DNA of 64,000 nucleotides from Eledone cirrhosa (Eukaryota): NCBI GenBank assembly GCA_964016885.1, contig OZ024749.1, positions 34,348,001 to 34,412,000 of the forward strand, read 5' to 3'. Shown piece by piece: positions 1 to 14,658 of this stretch (position 1 is its first letter; each line of letters starts with the position of its first letter). The notes under the pieces were generated by a model. It saw only the letters and a program-made list of their open reading frames with translations, ran no database searches and was not told where the DNA came from. The position numbers and the translations under genes were made by a program.

Positions 1-644
1 GTATATTATATATATATCATGTATATTATATATATATATATCATGTATATTATATATATATATCGTGTATATATTATATATATCATGTATATATTATATA
101 TATATCATGTGTATATTATATATATATCATGTGTATATTATATATCATGTATATATATATATATAACAGTGCCAACTAATTTCAGACTTCGACACATCTT
201 TTTCAGACAATGAAATAAGATTTAATAAGTACCATTTTTTATTACAACATTCCCAGAAACTATGGAAATATTTATCTTCCCTACATATCTTGTCACGATT
301 GGAAATATTTATGTAATGTTTACAAATAATATACTTGCGAAATAGATTGTGACTTATTTTGAAAAAAGGAAGAAGAAAAAAATCCTCTAAAAATAATCAT
401 AGAAGCACCTTCATAAACGATATTCATGCACCATCAAATATTCCTGTGTATGTAAATGAGTATGGCCGTGTACACACTTATACATAGATGCATGTAGATG
501 AGTATTGATGTGTACACACTTATACATAGATGCATGCATCTATACATATTGTCAATTTTCGTTATTTTAATGTTTATAATGTTATTCAGAAAATGCAGAA
601 CAAAGTGATTTTGTTCAAACTTCTGATTTTCATGTAACAAAAAT

Positions 645-989
645 TTATTCCAAGGTTCTTCCTTTAGATATTGAAAGATTGGATATTTCACCGGAAGGTT
701 TACGAGATTTTGTTTTTGATAATCTTGTATAGACGAATCTTCTAGGGTTTGGTGGCCGCAAGCTACCTTTACATCCTATACAAAAGCAGAAAAAATCGCA
801 TTGCTTCATATAATATTTGCAGTATTTGATACAATGGTCGAAGCTGTGTTTCAGATGTGTGAAGCATTGCTTGAAGCAGGCGAGGGAAAAATTACCACAC
901 ATGATGGCACAATTAGAATTGTCTTCGAAATTCATATAAGCGGGAGACAGGTATGGAAATATGAATAGAAGCAGTAATATTTCAGCTCT
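645..989 (-). CDS. Exon 2 of a putative secreted 10-Cys peptide (115 aa precursor including the ATG from exon 1)
   Basis: Acceptor ttgtgtttcag|AGA at 990/989; open frame RAEILLLLFIFPYLSPA (hydrophobic, signal-like) then CAIMC-x6-CFKQC-x10-CIKYC-x6-CDFFCFCIGC and a basic tail to TAA at 647-645; AATAAA overlaps the stop (649-644). Confidence 0.75.
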   Translation of the reverse strand, partial: RAEILLLLFIFPYLSPAYMNFEDNSNCAIMCGNFSLACFKQCFTHLKHSFDHCIKYCKYYMKQCDFFCFCIGCKGSLRPPNPRRFVYTRLSKTKSRKPSGEISNLSISKGRTLE

Positions 990-1338
990 CTGAAACACAA
1001 AGAGAAATATGTAAGATTAAATTCCTCAATATAGTTGTAAAACTTGTTGAATGGAATATAATAGGAAAAGGAAAAAATAAACAAAAATGAATACTTAACA
1101 ATTCAGAATTTAAAAAAATCGTTTTTAAATTTTTGAAAATAAAACTCATTTTATTTCAAAATACTCAAATATATTCCAAAAATAAAATTACATAAAAATA
1201 ATAAAGAATTTCACATTTAGTCAAACATACCGAAAAAGAGGGATTATAATTGCTATAGACGAGAGGAAAAGATTATTAGGCGACGAAAGAAAGGGGGAAG
1301 GGGAGATCTATAGATGTGTAGATGTTTGTATGTATTAA

Positions 1339-1528
1339 TAATAATTGTTTTTACTTTTGGCACAAGGCCAGCAATTTTTCCAGTGTATTACTGGTACTTT
1401 ATTTTATCGACCCCGTAAGGATGAAAGGCAAAGTTAACCGCGGCAGGATTTGAACTCAGACCATAAAGGGCCGTAACTCCTTGCTACAAAGCATGGCATC
1501 CGACCCTCTACCGATACTGCCAATCCAA
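1339..1528 (-). mobile_element. tRNA-derived SINE, family A
   Basis: About 190-bp unit with TGGCAGTATCGG A box, GAGTTCAAATCC B box, GCCTTTCATCCTTACGGGGTCGATAAAATAAAGTACCAG core and (ATT)n tail; more than 25 copies or variants in the window. Confidence 0.85.
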
Positions 1529-2176
1529 TATTTATACTTATATATGTTTAATATACAATTATAAATATGCCAGTTACCGGTAGGATAAAAAGCTCAATGT
1601 AAATTGATGTTTGTATGTATAAATGTGTGGATGTATAGATGTTTGTATGTGTAGATATTCTCCTTTTCGGGTAGTGTTTTCGATGCTCAGAAAGTGGGAT
1701 TGGTCGAGTGCAAGGTCTTTCCCCACTTAAAAAACCTTGAAAGCTCAGGCATTGCTTGTTCAGGATATTTTACAGGTTCGTGTGGCTGGCGGTAGCCTAC
1801 AAGTGCACCAAACTCTATAATCTTAGCAGAGTCTTCAGCCATCATGTGTAGATGTACAGATGTTTGTGTGTGTCTCTGTGGTAAAAGTATTAGATTCCTC
1901 GACAACGCGTTGTTTCCTTAAGCAAGGCACTTTATTTCATGTTCCTCCAGCCAACTCAGCTGGAGAAAAATGAGTTGTACCTGTAATTTAAAGGGCCCAG
2001 CCTTACCACGCCGTATCTCCCTAGAACTACATTTTAAACATGTCTCTGGAATACTCATTTGCACGTTAATTAAATATAATCACAAATTCTATTCTCGAAT
2101 AAATTTTACACCATTTGTCGATGTGAAAAGATGTTAGCGGTGTGTATAGTTTTTTTTCATAATGAAAGCTTCACTA

Positions 2177-2530
2177 ATGTATGTATGTATGTATGGTCCC
2201 GTAACTCCTGATAGAGTCGTAGGGACGCCACATTGACATACGGCGTTTCTTGGGCATATTAAGCCTAGCGGATCCCATCCCTTTCCAGGTCTGAGTACAG
2301 CAGATTTCTTCCAGAGATAGATAGAAAAGGAGAGAGAGAGAGGAAATGAGAAAGAGATATAGAGGAAGAATCGACTCCAGTACTAGACTGGTACTTTATT
2401 TTATCGACCTCTAAAGGATGCAAGGCAGAGCTGGCCACGGCGGGATTTGAACTTACAGAGCAGAGAGATGGAACAAATACCACAAAGCATTCTATCCGAC
2501 GTTCTAACGACTTTGCCAAATCGCTGCCTA
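2177..2530 (-). mobile_element. SINE family A variant with a longer 3' part and (CATA)n tail
   Basis: Same core; 3' part shared with 14945-15246, 17870-18180, 33085-33400 and 54487-54820. Confidence 0.75.
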
Positions 2531-2549
2531 TAACACACACGCACACACA

Positions 2550-2711
<162 letters not shown>

Positions 2712-2893
2712 TACATACATACATACATACATTTCGTTTCTGAATTTGTTTAGCAAGATTCTTTATCTGAAAACGTGTGTTGAAACCGATATTGTTATAC
2801 TTTGGGAGGGTCATGTTGCCAATAAGAAACACACGCACCAGTTGCTTTCACTTCAATTTATTATGATAAATTTAGGAATTTATAAATTTCCGG

Positions 2894-2951
<58 letters not shown>

Positions 2952-3183
2952 CACCTAATAGAAGTGTAAGAGTGTCTTAGTGATATACGGCGGGTCTTGG
3001 ACATTTTAAACCTGGCGGAAACCATTTCCTCACTAGGTCTGAATACAGTTGATTACCTCCAGCGAAGAAGAGAGATTGATAAAGAGGAAGAGATAGAGAT
3101 GAAGGATTTATGGAGAAGAGAAAGTCGATTGAATCAATCCCAGTATTTGACTGGTACTTTATTATTTCATCGACTCTCGAAAG

Positions 3184-3330
3184 CAGTGCCAGATTTAGGA
3201 CAAATGAGGCCCTATGCTAGTTAAGTTATCAGGCTCCTTGGGCCCTGAAGGAGATAAAAATATCATTTTTGGTAGGAAGATGGGCCCTCCCCTGACCAAC
3301 CGGGCCCCGTGCTTAAGCACACCTAAGCAC
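3184..3330 (+). mobile_element. Non-autonomous DNA element fragment; inverted copies at 63417-63568 and 63935-64000
   Basis: CAGTGCCAGATTTAGGACA...GGGCCCCGTGCTTAAGCACACCTAA shared between copies. Confidence 0.65.
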
Positions 3331-3724
3331 AATGGAGAATCCCGCACTGCTCGCTCGGAAGTATAAAAGACAATTTGAACTCAGAACGAAAAGATCTGTA
3401 ACAAAAACTAATCATTCTGTCAATCCACCAATCCACGGCTCTCTTGTGATGAAATAATAAATATTTGGGGCAGCACTGTGTGTCTGTCGGGCGAGAAAAG
3501 AGAAGTGTGTGAGAAAGTGACAAAGGTGTGTGTGGGGAGATGACCAGACAGACAGAGGGGAGGGGCGAATGGTACTGAAGAGTTGAAGGTCACAAAACAG
3601 AAAAACAAACGAAAATAGGGAAGGGAGCGTAGGGAATAGAAAAAAAGAAAGGGAAATATATAGTAATATCTATGTATACACACGCACATACACATACACA
3701 TACACACATACAAAAACACATAAA

Positions 3725-3952
3725 GGGCGGTGGATATCGGCTGTATCGGTAGAGGGACGGACGCTATGCGTTGCAGCATATAGTTACAGCCCTTTACGTT
3801 CTGAATTCAAATCCCGCCGAGATTAACTTTTGCCTTTCATCCTTACGGGACCGATAAAATAAAGCACCAGTAATGCACTGGTTCGATTTAATCGACTTTC
3901 CCCTGTCCCCCCAAATTTCTGGCCTTGTGCCTAAATCAGAAACCATTATTAT
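3725..3952 (+). mobile_element. SINE family A
   Basis: Full-length match to the family pattern. Confidence 0.85.
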
Positions 3953-4094
3953 TAGTAGTTGTAGTAGTATTATCTGCAATACTGCCCTTAAGACACTTAA
4001 CTTCAATGGCACAGCACACATGTCTGTAAAAGTGTGCCATGAAGAGGCACATTTTGTCGCAGAAATTACTGGTATCTGTTGAAGTTTAGGCCAC

Positions 4095-4720
4095 TTTCCT
4101 ATAACAATGGAGACTTCTGGTTTTCTGGGTCCCTGTATCACCAGCTTATTCACTTCTACCTTATAATAGTGGTGACTTCTGGTGTTTTGGGTCCTCAAAC
4201 CATCTCCCTACTCACTGCTACCCTATAACAGTGGAAACTTCTGGTTTTTTGGGGTCCCTGTACCACCTCCCTACTCACTGCTACCCTATAACAGTGGAAA
4301 CTTCCGGTTTTTTGGGGTCCCTGTACCACCTCCCTACTCACTGCTACCCTATAACAGTGGAAACTTCCGTTTTTTGGGGGTCCCTGTACCACCTCCCTAC
4401 TCACTGCTACCCTATAACAGTGGAAACTTCTGGGTTTTTTGGGTCCCTGTACCACCTCCCTACCCACTGCTACCCTATAACAGTGGAAACTTCTGGGTTT
4501 TTTGGGTCCTTGTACCACCTCCCTACCCACTGCTACCCTATAACAGTGGAAACTTCTGGTGTTCTGGGTTCTCAAATCACCTCCCTACTTACTGCTACCA
4601 TGTAGCAATAGAGACTTCTGGTGTTCTGAGTCCCTGTAACACGTCCCTACTCGTTGCTATCCTATAACAGTGGAGAAGTCTGGTGTTCTGTGTCTCTGTA
4701 TCCTCTCCCTACTCGTTGCT
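4095..4720. repeat. 63-bp minisatellite, about 10 units
   Basis: CCCTGTACCACCTCCCTACTCACTGCTACCCTATAACAGTGGAAACTTC... at 63-nt period. Confidence 0.93.
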
Positions 4721-4752
4721 ACGGTGATAGAGTTGGTCATCAGCAGGTGTGA

Positions 4753-4785
<33 letters not shown>

Positions 4786-5044
4786 TACATACATACATAC
4801 TAATTACATCGTTAATCTCTCACATACATTGATCAGGTGTGGTTTGAAAAATTAGTTATATAATTTATTGGATCATGGTTTACTAACAAGAATGACCAGT
4901 TCTGCCCATTGGTAAACCACATGTCTAGTTTCCTGAAACCTTTGGTAATGGAATAATTATATTGTGTTGTTTATTATGTAATTAAATAGCTCTGTACTCT
5001 ACATAGAGCACTCTTCTTTCCTTTACCTTTTCTACGGAAATACT

Positions 5045-5126
<82 letters not shown>

Positions 5127-6304
5127 GTACGGGAGGTTCCCAAAAGTCAGCTCGAAAGTAACACAGAGGAGACTGGGGTTAGCTGGACATGCTCACCGAC
5201 ATTCAGAGTTGACACTGCACTCAGTGCTTCTGTGGGAGCCCCAACACGGATACACTAGTAGAGGGAGACCGAGAGTTGACACATATTGATGCCCTAAGGA
5301 CAGACACTGGTCTCTGGGAGACGCAGGACATGGCGGCGATGATGAATGGCAGAGACCGCTGGAGAGAACTCGTCCATGGATCTCGGGAATTTTACCCGTC
5401 CTAGACATATATATATATAATCAGATACAGAAAATAACTAACTTCAATCAGTTGCCATAAAATAGCTAATAAAAATCAAAATCGGGTAAAGACTCCTAGG
5501 TATGAAAAATTTTGCCAGCTGTCCGCTATGAAGAGTCGAACTTCTTGTCTCTAGAATTCGATTCTTCATGTTTTGCGCACAGGAATAGACGATCGCCGCT
5601 GTATGTCGCTAAAATATTGGTCTATACTTATGACCTATGGGGAAATATCAGCTAAGAATCTTTTGCCTACGTTGGTTTTAACATTGAGCGAAAATGGAGG
5701 GGAGAACCATATTTTTGATTTCTCTCTATTTTTCATCCTAACGTTAGTTGGGTGTTGTTTGGGAAAGTAAAATCACAAACAAATCTATGAGCGTTCCCAC
5801 ATCGGGTTGCTCTGCAGAAAACCGAAATCATGTCTTCTGGACTAACAATGCCACAAACCCGCGGTCGTATATGAAGCTGGGGTATCCTCCATCTTACCGA
5901 ATAAGCAGCAGGATGTCAAGACGTGTGTGAATAGATCGGAGGGACCCTTCAAAGGTCGCTTCCTAAACCAAAACATTGTTGGCCTTGTGCCTAAATTACA
6001 AGCCATTATTATTATTATTGCGCTACCAACCAGAATAAACTCTAGAATTTTCGAAAACTAGAATTCAATGGACTCTTTAACTTTGTACTCAATTGAATCA
6101 ACTCACCACCACCATCACACCACTGGACTTCATACTGTGATCTGTATTTTTTTTATTTGACTAACAATCTCTAGAAAATTCGAAAGCTAACATTCAATTA
6201 AATGCTGACCTTTTGAACCCTACTTTCACCCCAGCCCCATATATATATTAGCGAGCTTATACTATTAGGTCTACGCTAAGGTATGTCAATATCTTAACAC
6301 CAAG

Positions 6305-6655
6305 GACGCCATGCTTTCCAGCATAGTTACGTCCCTTTACAGGCTGAGTTCAAATCCCGTCGAGGTTGACTTTGCCTTTCATCCTTACGGGGTCGATAAA
6401 ATAAAGTACCAGTAATGTACTGGGTAATTATTGGCCTTGTGCCAAAAATAGAAACAATTATTAAGGGCGGTGGATTGGCAGTATCGGTAGAGGGTCGGAC
6501 GCCATGCTTTGACGCATAGAGTTACGGCCCTTGCCATTCTGAGTTCAAATCCCGCCGATGTTAACTTTGCCTTTCATCCTTACGGGGTCGATAAAATAAA
6601 GTACCAGTAATGCACTGGGTAATTGCTGGCCTTGTGCCAAAAGTAGAAACAATTA
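6305..6655 (+). mobile_element. Two tandem SINE family A copies
   Basis: The second copy starts at 6465 in the tail of the first. Confidence 0.85.
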
Positions 6656-7231
6656 TATTTTATCTGATAAAAGCACACTCAAATTTTGTTTCCTTGAAAT
6701 ACGTATAATGAGATAAATATGGTATTATAAAGATATTTTCCATTTATTAATATTGATAATATTAATAATACTCCAGATAAATTTTGTAGAGTGCTTTAAA
6801 TCTGTTATAAAACTAACTTTGTTGAATGATAATCAACAAACCATATAACTCATTGTTTATGTATATATATATATATTCATATTTATATAAAAATATTAAG
6901 TTAGTTTATCACCGACGCATTAGTTCAATATCTAGCTGTCTCATGAGGTCATAACTGTTGCATAACGGTTATCACCGAAGAAATATATATATAACAACGA
7001 TTATGAATAAACGAAGTGAATTATAACCTGTTTACTTGTACTTCAATATATATATATATCAAATAAAAAAAAAAAAACTCGCCTTAATCTCCTGTAATTT
7101 AATGAGCTCGAGGAATAGATACTCTTTTAATTAATGTTTTTCACTTTCGTGGTTCTCTAACCCTTGTAATTGAAAACATACTCTTTTATGTTTTCCTCTC
7201 TATATACTGTATTATATATATATATATATAT

Positions 7232-7287
<56 letters not shown>

Positions 7288-7373
7288 ACCTATGCTATCG
7301 AAGGGCGAGAGATTGAGTACTCAATACGGAAGTAGAGTTTAAATATTCATTTGTTATCGCTGTGTGCTGAGTT

Positions 7374-7421
7374 TTGTTACACTAGCGTTTCACCTGTGTA
7401 CTCACAGGATCATCAGACAAG
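7374..7421 (-). ncRNA. Type I hammerhead ribozyme motif (Penelope-like)
   Basis: TTGT-CTGATGA-tCCTGTGagtaCACAGGt-GAAAC-gctagt-GTA-ACAA: intact core, stems I and II, minimal stem III, GUA cleavage triplet. Confidence 0.7.
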
Positions 7422-7472
7422 ACACTTGTCTAATGATCCTGTAATTACACCGGTAAAAACTCCTGAGTAACA

Positions 7473-7544
<72 letters not shown>

Positions 7545-7914
7545 CGTTGAAGAAGCTCTTCCTCGTTCGTCTCCTCACTAGAAGTCATATATATTTTTTA
7601 TGTGGGCTGATAGTGATTTGATTAAGGAATTGCTGAAACCCATAAAGCTAGATTTTAACATCCTTCTAGCGGGTCCGGGTGAGTTTTTTACATTCATTTA
7701 ATTTATTAATTTATTGATATTTGATTTGAGTGACCCGAATCTTCCTGGTCGTTCTTTATCGGCTGCACGGGTGATTTTAGGCATGATCTCTGTGTGTTGG
7801 TATTTTAACGATAGTTATAGCTCTGGTTTTTCCAAACTATTGAGCCCTCTGCCACACATGTCGGATATTGTTTATCGTGATTTCGTGGGCCGATATTCCG
7901 ATTCTCGATCATTC

Positions 7915-7980
<66 letters not shown>

Positions 7981-8048
7981 TAAAATAACAGATTAACGTT
8001 TAAGCAAAGAATCGCTGCTTTCACCCTTAACGGGATCTTCTGAAACTG

Positions 8049-8422
8049 AAGTTGTGATTTTTTGGCGAATTACACAAATAAAGACGAAAAAAAGAAAAAT
8101 ACTACAACCCAATATACTTATATATATATGTAGGAACGATCGACTTTCGTCAAATCGGACCGAGGGAACAATGTTTCCGTTGGTCTTTCCAATTGCTAAT
8201 ACTATCTATCGGTCGCAACTCCAGGTAGAAGGAGCAACGTGAATTAAAGTGTCTTGCCCAAGGACATAACGCATCGCCTGATCCAGGAATCGAACTCACA
8301 ACCTTACGATTGCGAATACAATTCTCTAACCACTCAGCCACATATATATTGAAGTATATTGGGTTGTAGCATTTTTCTTTTATTCGTCTTTATTTGTGTA
8401 ATTCGCCAAAAAATCACAACTT
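8049..8422. repeat. About 70-bp inverted repeats around a central SINE insertion
   Basis: 8049-8119 is the reverse complement of 8352-8422; SINE at 8131-8341 sits in the central TA run. Confidence 0.85.
8131..8341 (-). mobile_element. tRNA-derived SINE, family B
   Basis: TGGCTGAGTGG A box, GAGTTCGATTCC B box, TCCTTGGGCAAGACACTTT core; near-identical copy at 22425-22640 and relatives at about 1880, 21470 and 57220. Confidence 0.82.
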
Positions 8423-8592
8423 TTCCTGTCTCCCTCTTTTGTTCGCTTACGCTAGAATGAATAGAATGAACCTTGAATAACTGAAACTATAGTGATTTCC
8501 AGAAGTTGGCTGAAGAGTAAGACTCTTCGTTTTTCCGTTGTCTTCGTCCTGATCAACCCCTTATATATATACATATATATATATAGATAGAT

Positions 8593-8624
<32 letters not shown>

Positions 8625-8628
8625 GCAT

Positions 8629-8671
<43 letters not shown>

Positions 8672-8828
8672 CACACACACACACACACACACACGCGCGC
8701 GCGCGCATACATATATATATATATATATATATAAGGGGTACACTGGACAAAGAAAACGAAAAAACCCAGAAAACACACACACGTATATGTATATGTGCAT
8801 GTTTGTGTATGTATGCACACACACACAG

Positions 8829-8860
<32 letters not shown>

Positions 8861-8967
8861 CCTTTACTAGTTCAAGCGGACTAGCCGAGACCACGCTGGG
8901 GCACCACCATTGCCACGACATTTTCTATAACCAGCCTTCCTTGGTTGGCCATTGATCTAAGAGGGAG

Positions 8968-9057
8968 TTTGTCTGAGGAGCAGATCGATACAGGAGTCGG
9001 GTCCATAACTCCTATGGGTTACCTTGAGCCAATCCTCTGCAAAAGGCGCGTAACAGA
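8968..9057 (+). ncRNA. Degenerate extended hammerhead motif
   Basis: TTTGT-CTGAGGA-GCAGA...TCTGC-AAAA-ggcgc-GTA-ACAGA then AATAAA; the GAAA box is mutated to AAAA. Confidence 0.45.
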
Positions 9058-9195
9058 TCGATACGCAATAAATATTTTTCATATGTAAACGAATCTTCCT
9101 CGTTTTTTCTATTATATACACTCTGCCTGTGCATAGAGTGCTTTATTTGGTACCAACACCAGTATTTCACCGTATTACTATATATATATATATAT

Positions 9196-9275
9196 AAGAA
9201 AAAGTATGACCCCGACGGCAGAGCTCAAGCCGTTTCGACGGCTTCAGCTCTGCCGTCGGGGTCATACTTTTTCCT
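9196..9275. repeat. GC-rich hairpin in a (TA)n-flanked element (9196-9354)
   Basis: GAAAAAGTATGACCCCGACGGCAGAGCT...AGCTCTGCCGTCGGGGTCATACTTTTTC. Confidence 0.9.
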
Positions 9276-9354
9276 ATTACCCACTCTACTACCCTAAGTA
9301 TTGAGTACTCTGGTGCGTTATGGTCCATCTGGTTCTTTACCACAATTCCTTCGT

Positions 9355-9400
<46 letters not shown>

Positions 9401-9418
9401 CAAATATATATATATATT

Positions 9419-9476
<58 letters not shown>

Positions 9477-9589
9477 CATACATATATATATTTATATATA
9501 TATACATATATATATATATTTATATATATATACATATATATATATATTTATATATATATACATATATATATATATTTATATATATATAC

Positions 9590-9746
<157 letters not shown>

Positions 9747-9958
9747 CGTATATATAAATACGTATATACGTATATATATAAATACGTATATATATAAATA
9801 CGTATATACGTATATATCTATATACGTATATATATATATATACACATATATATATACATATATATATACATAGTAATAATAATAAATTTGAAGACTAAAA
9901 TCCAAAGAGGGCTCGATAAGGATAAATATATATCAAATATATAAGAACCGTAGAGCAA

Positions 9959-10037
9959 ATATTTATTAAAATAACAGATTAAAGTTTAAGCAAAGAATCG
10001 CGATTCTTTGCTTAAACTTTAATCTGTTATTTTAATA

Positions 10038-10042
<5 letters not shown>
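9959..10042. repeat. Perfect 84-bp spacerless palindrome
   Basis: Centre AAGAATCG|CGATTCTT at 10000/10001; the arm sequence recurs at 7975-8013. Confidence 0.92.
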
Positions 10043-11715
<1,673 letters not shown>

Positions 11716-11869
11716 CAAACTACTGACTGTGTAATTAGACAATAATTAATTTGTTTATCAACAAGTTTCTGTAAGGCTTCATTTACTTAACAGAGTAGAA
11801 CACATAATAATATCTTTCTAATTATTTAAATTAGAAATAATTAACTTATCTAACTACTATTAATAATTA

Positions 11870-12064
11870 CAGACCTGTCAACTTTCCCCGTCTGACAGGG
11901 AGATCTCCCACCCACTTTGGGGTGGGTGGGAGATGTCTTCTTTTGTGAAAATGGGTATAGCTTTCATTATGTAAAATCTCTCTTTTTTGTTTCATTTCTC
12001 CCCATTTTGGGGCCCTTTTTTTCATGGTACTCCCTGTTTGGGTTTTTAAGTTATGGCAGGTTTG
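11870..12064 (+). mobile_element. MITE (hAT-like termini); second copy inverted at 17503-17698
   Basis: CAGACCTGTCAAC...TGGCAGGTTTG termini; internal sequence matches the reverse complement of 17503-17698. Confidence 0.75.
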
Positions 12065-12084
12065 TAATTTATTTATTTTTACTA

Positions 12085-12582
12085 TTAATAATTGTTTTTA
12101 CTTTTGGCACAATGCCAGCAATTACCCAGTGTATTACTGGTACTCTATTTTTTATCGACCCTGTAAGGATTAAAGACAATTATCACTATTAATAATTGTT
12201 TCTACTTTTGGCACAAGGCCAGCAATTATCCCAGTGTATTACTGGTACTTTATTTTTTATCGACCCTGTAAGGATTAAAGACAAAGTTAACCTCGGCGGG
12301 ATTTGAACTCAGACCGTAAAGGGCCGTAACTATGCTGCAATGCATGGCGTCCGACCCTTCACCGATACTGCCAATCCACCGCCCGTTTTACTATTAATAA
12401 TTGTTTCTACTTTTGGCACAAGGCCAGCAATCACCCAGTACATTACTGGTACTTTATTTTATCGACCTCGTAAGGATGAAAGGCAAAGTTAACCTCGGCG
12501 GGATTTGAACTCAGATCATAAAGAGACGTAACTCTATGCTTCAAAGCATGGCGTCGACTCTCCATCGATACTGCCAATCCAC
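12085..12582 (-). mobile_element. Three tandem SINE family A copies (one partial)
   Basis: Repeated aataattgtttctacttttggcacaagg tails. Confidence 0.85.
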
Positions 12583-12596
12583 TATTTTAATAATGA

Positions 12597-13160
12597 TTTC
12601 TTTATTAACCACAAGGGTTTACATAAAGTAGACATTAAGGACAGTGCAGGACAATACAGGACGGTACAAATGGGCATTTCTGCGTGTAAAAAAACAAAAC
12701 TAACAGAGGGTGTAACAAAAAATAACAATGAAAAATTCCCCAATAGGGGGGAGACTTCGGAGAGACATTTGTGGAGAAAGCCCAGTAAAAAGCCACAATG
12801 ACCCTGACCACCAAGGCAAGTGCCCTCTCCCAGTTTTCCACCTTTAATTTACAGATATATACTCAGAGTAGGCCCATTCACTCGGGCCATTCTTGCTTCT
12901 CTCACCCATCTTTCAACAAAATGCTGGGAAGAGAGCACTTCCCTCTCTACTCTGATTTTCCTTTTCAAATGAAATTTGAAAAAGTCAATCAGAGCATCAC
13001 CGAAGAGGTAAGTGCTCGTCTTCAGCCCTTTCAAACGTGTCCACATAATAATACAAACAGAATCAACCCGGAAACATATGGTATATATAGAAATATTTTC
13101 TCTGTATTCATTCAAAATCATGTTTATAATTTTCTCTGCCCTTTACTGACTATCTGACAG
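12597..13160 (-). mobile_element. L1/Tx1-like LINE 3' end
   Basis: ORF end IIMWTRLKG...FFKFHLKRKIRVEREVLSSQHFVERW, then UTR and poly(A)-like end; part recurs at about 63290-63400. Clade assignment is tentative. Confidence 0.5.
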
Positions 13161-13209
13161 AATATATAATATAGTTTTAGAGATAATAATAATTAAATGA
13201 AAACATTTT

Positions 13210-14303
13210 CACACAGACACACACTTACACAGAGTAACACACACACAGACACACACTTACACAGAGTAAGACACACACACAGACACACACTTACACAGAG
13301 TAACACACAGGCACACACTTACACACATAGATATACACAGACATACACAGATATACACTAACACATACTGACACACACACAGACACACACGCACACAGAC
13401 ACACACAGCCATACACAGATATACACTAACACATACTGACACACACACACAGACATACACAGATATACACTAACACATACTGACACAGACACACACACAC
13501 AGACACACACACACACACACACAGACACGCACAGACATACACAGATATACACTAACACATATTGACACACACACACAGACACACAGACATACACAGATAT
13601 ACACTAACACATACTGACACACACACAGACACACAGACACGCACAGACATACACAGATATACACTAACACATACTGACACACACACACAGACACACACAG
13701 ACACACACAGACACACACAGACATACACAGATATACACTAACACATACTGACACACACACAGACACACACACACACACAGACACGCACAGACATACACAG
13801 ATATACACTAACACATATTGACACACACACACAGACACACAGACATACACAGATATACACTAACACATACTGACACACACACAGACACACACACACACAC
13901 AGACACACACACACACACAGACACACACAGACATACACAGATATACACTAACACATACTGACACACACACATACTGACACACACTAACACACACTAACAC
14001 ACACACAGACATACACTGACATACACAGACATACACTAACACACAGACATACACTGGCACACACAGACATACACTAACACACAGAGACTCACACAGACAT
14101 ACACTAACACACAGAGACTCACACAGAGACACACAGACATACACTAACACACACTGATATACACTAACACACAGAGATATACTAACACACACACACACAC
14201 ACACACACACTAACACACACTAACACACACTAACACACACTAACACTTACTGAAACAAACTAACACACACAGACACATACACACATACACATACACACAC
14301 ACA
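13210..14303. repeat. Complex CA-rich tandem repeat
   Basis: CAGATATACACTAACACATACTGACACAC units embedded in (CA)n. Confidence 0.93.
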
Positions 14304-14345
14304 GAATGTACAGAACGTAGATATAAAAATGAGTTCTAAACTTAC

Positions 14346-14348
14346 CAT
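14346..14348 (-). CDS. Start codon at the end of exon 1 of the Cys-rich peptide gene (5' UTR to about 14450)
   Basis: Minus strand reads aacaaaaATG|GTAAG; the phase-0 donor joins in frame to AGA at 989, giving MRAEILLLLFIF. The splice link is inferred. Confidence 0.6.
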
Positions 14349-14477
14349 TTTTGTTGGATTGGATTAATTTCAGAAATAAAAAAAATAAGATGTTGAAAAT
14401 ATAATTCTTCCAATAGATGTAATAAATGTTAGAACACCAAACAATGTAATGTGTAGGACAATTTCATTAGCAGAAGG

Positions 14478-14510
14478 TTTATACTTAGTAGTCTTCTATT
14501 CTGATTGGCT
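14478..14510 (-). promoter_or_regulatory. TATA box and CCAAT (NF-Y) box of the peptide gene
   Basis: Minus strand AGCCAATCAG (14510-14501) followed by TATAAA (14483-14478), about 130 nt upstream of the ATG/donor. Confidence 0.55.
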
Positions 14511-14658
14511 GCCAAGGATTGAAAGGATGGTTAGATTTTGAGGAGGAGCACAAGGAGGTACAGACAGATTTTTATGTATTTACTCTTTGGTCTTGAATAA
14601 TCGCACCCAACCCCCCTGCTTATTAATTTTTCAGATTTTTTTTTTTTTCTCATGTATA

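Noticed and set aside
4182-4667. Pro-rich repeat ORFs
   Set aside because: 63-bp minisatellite open in several frames, inside the predicted intron.
6465-6655. SINE heads as functional tRNA genes
   Set aside because: A and B boxes are present but spaced too widely for a cloverleaf and fused to the SINE core and tail.
7600-7648. CTGATAG...GAAAC hammerhead-like motif (also CTGAAG...GAAAC at about 9225-9250 on the minus strand)
   Set aside because: The core does not fit CUGANGA or stem II is missing; at most a decayed relic.
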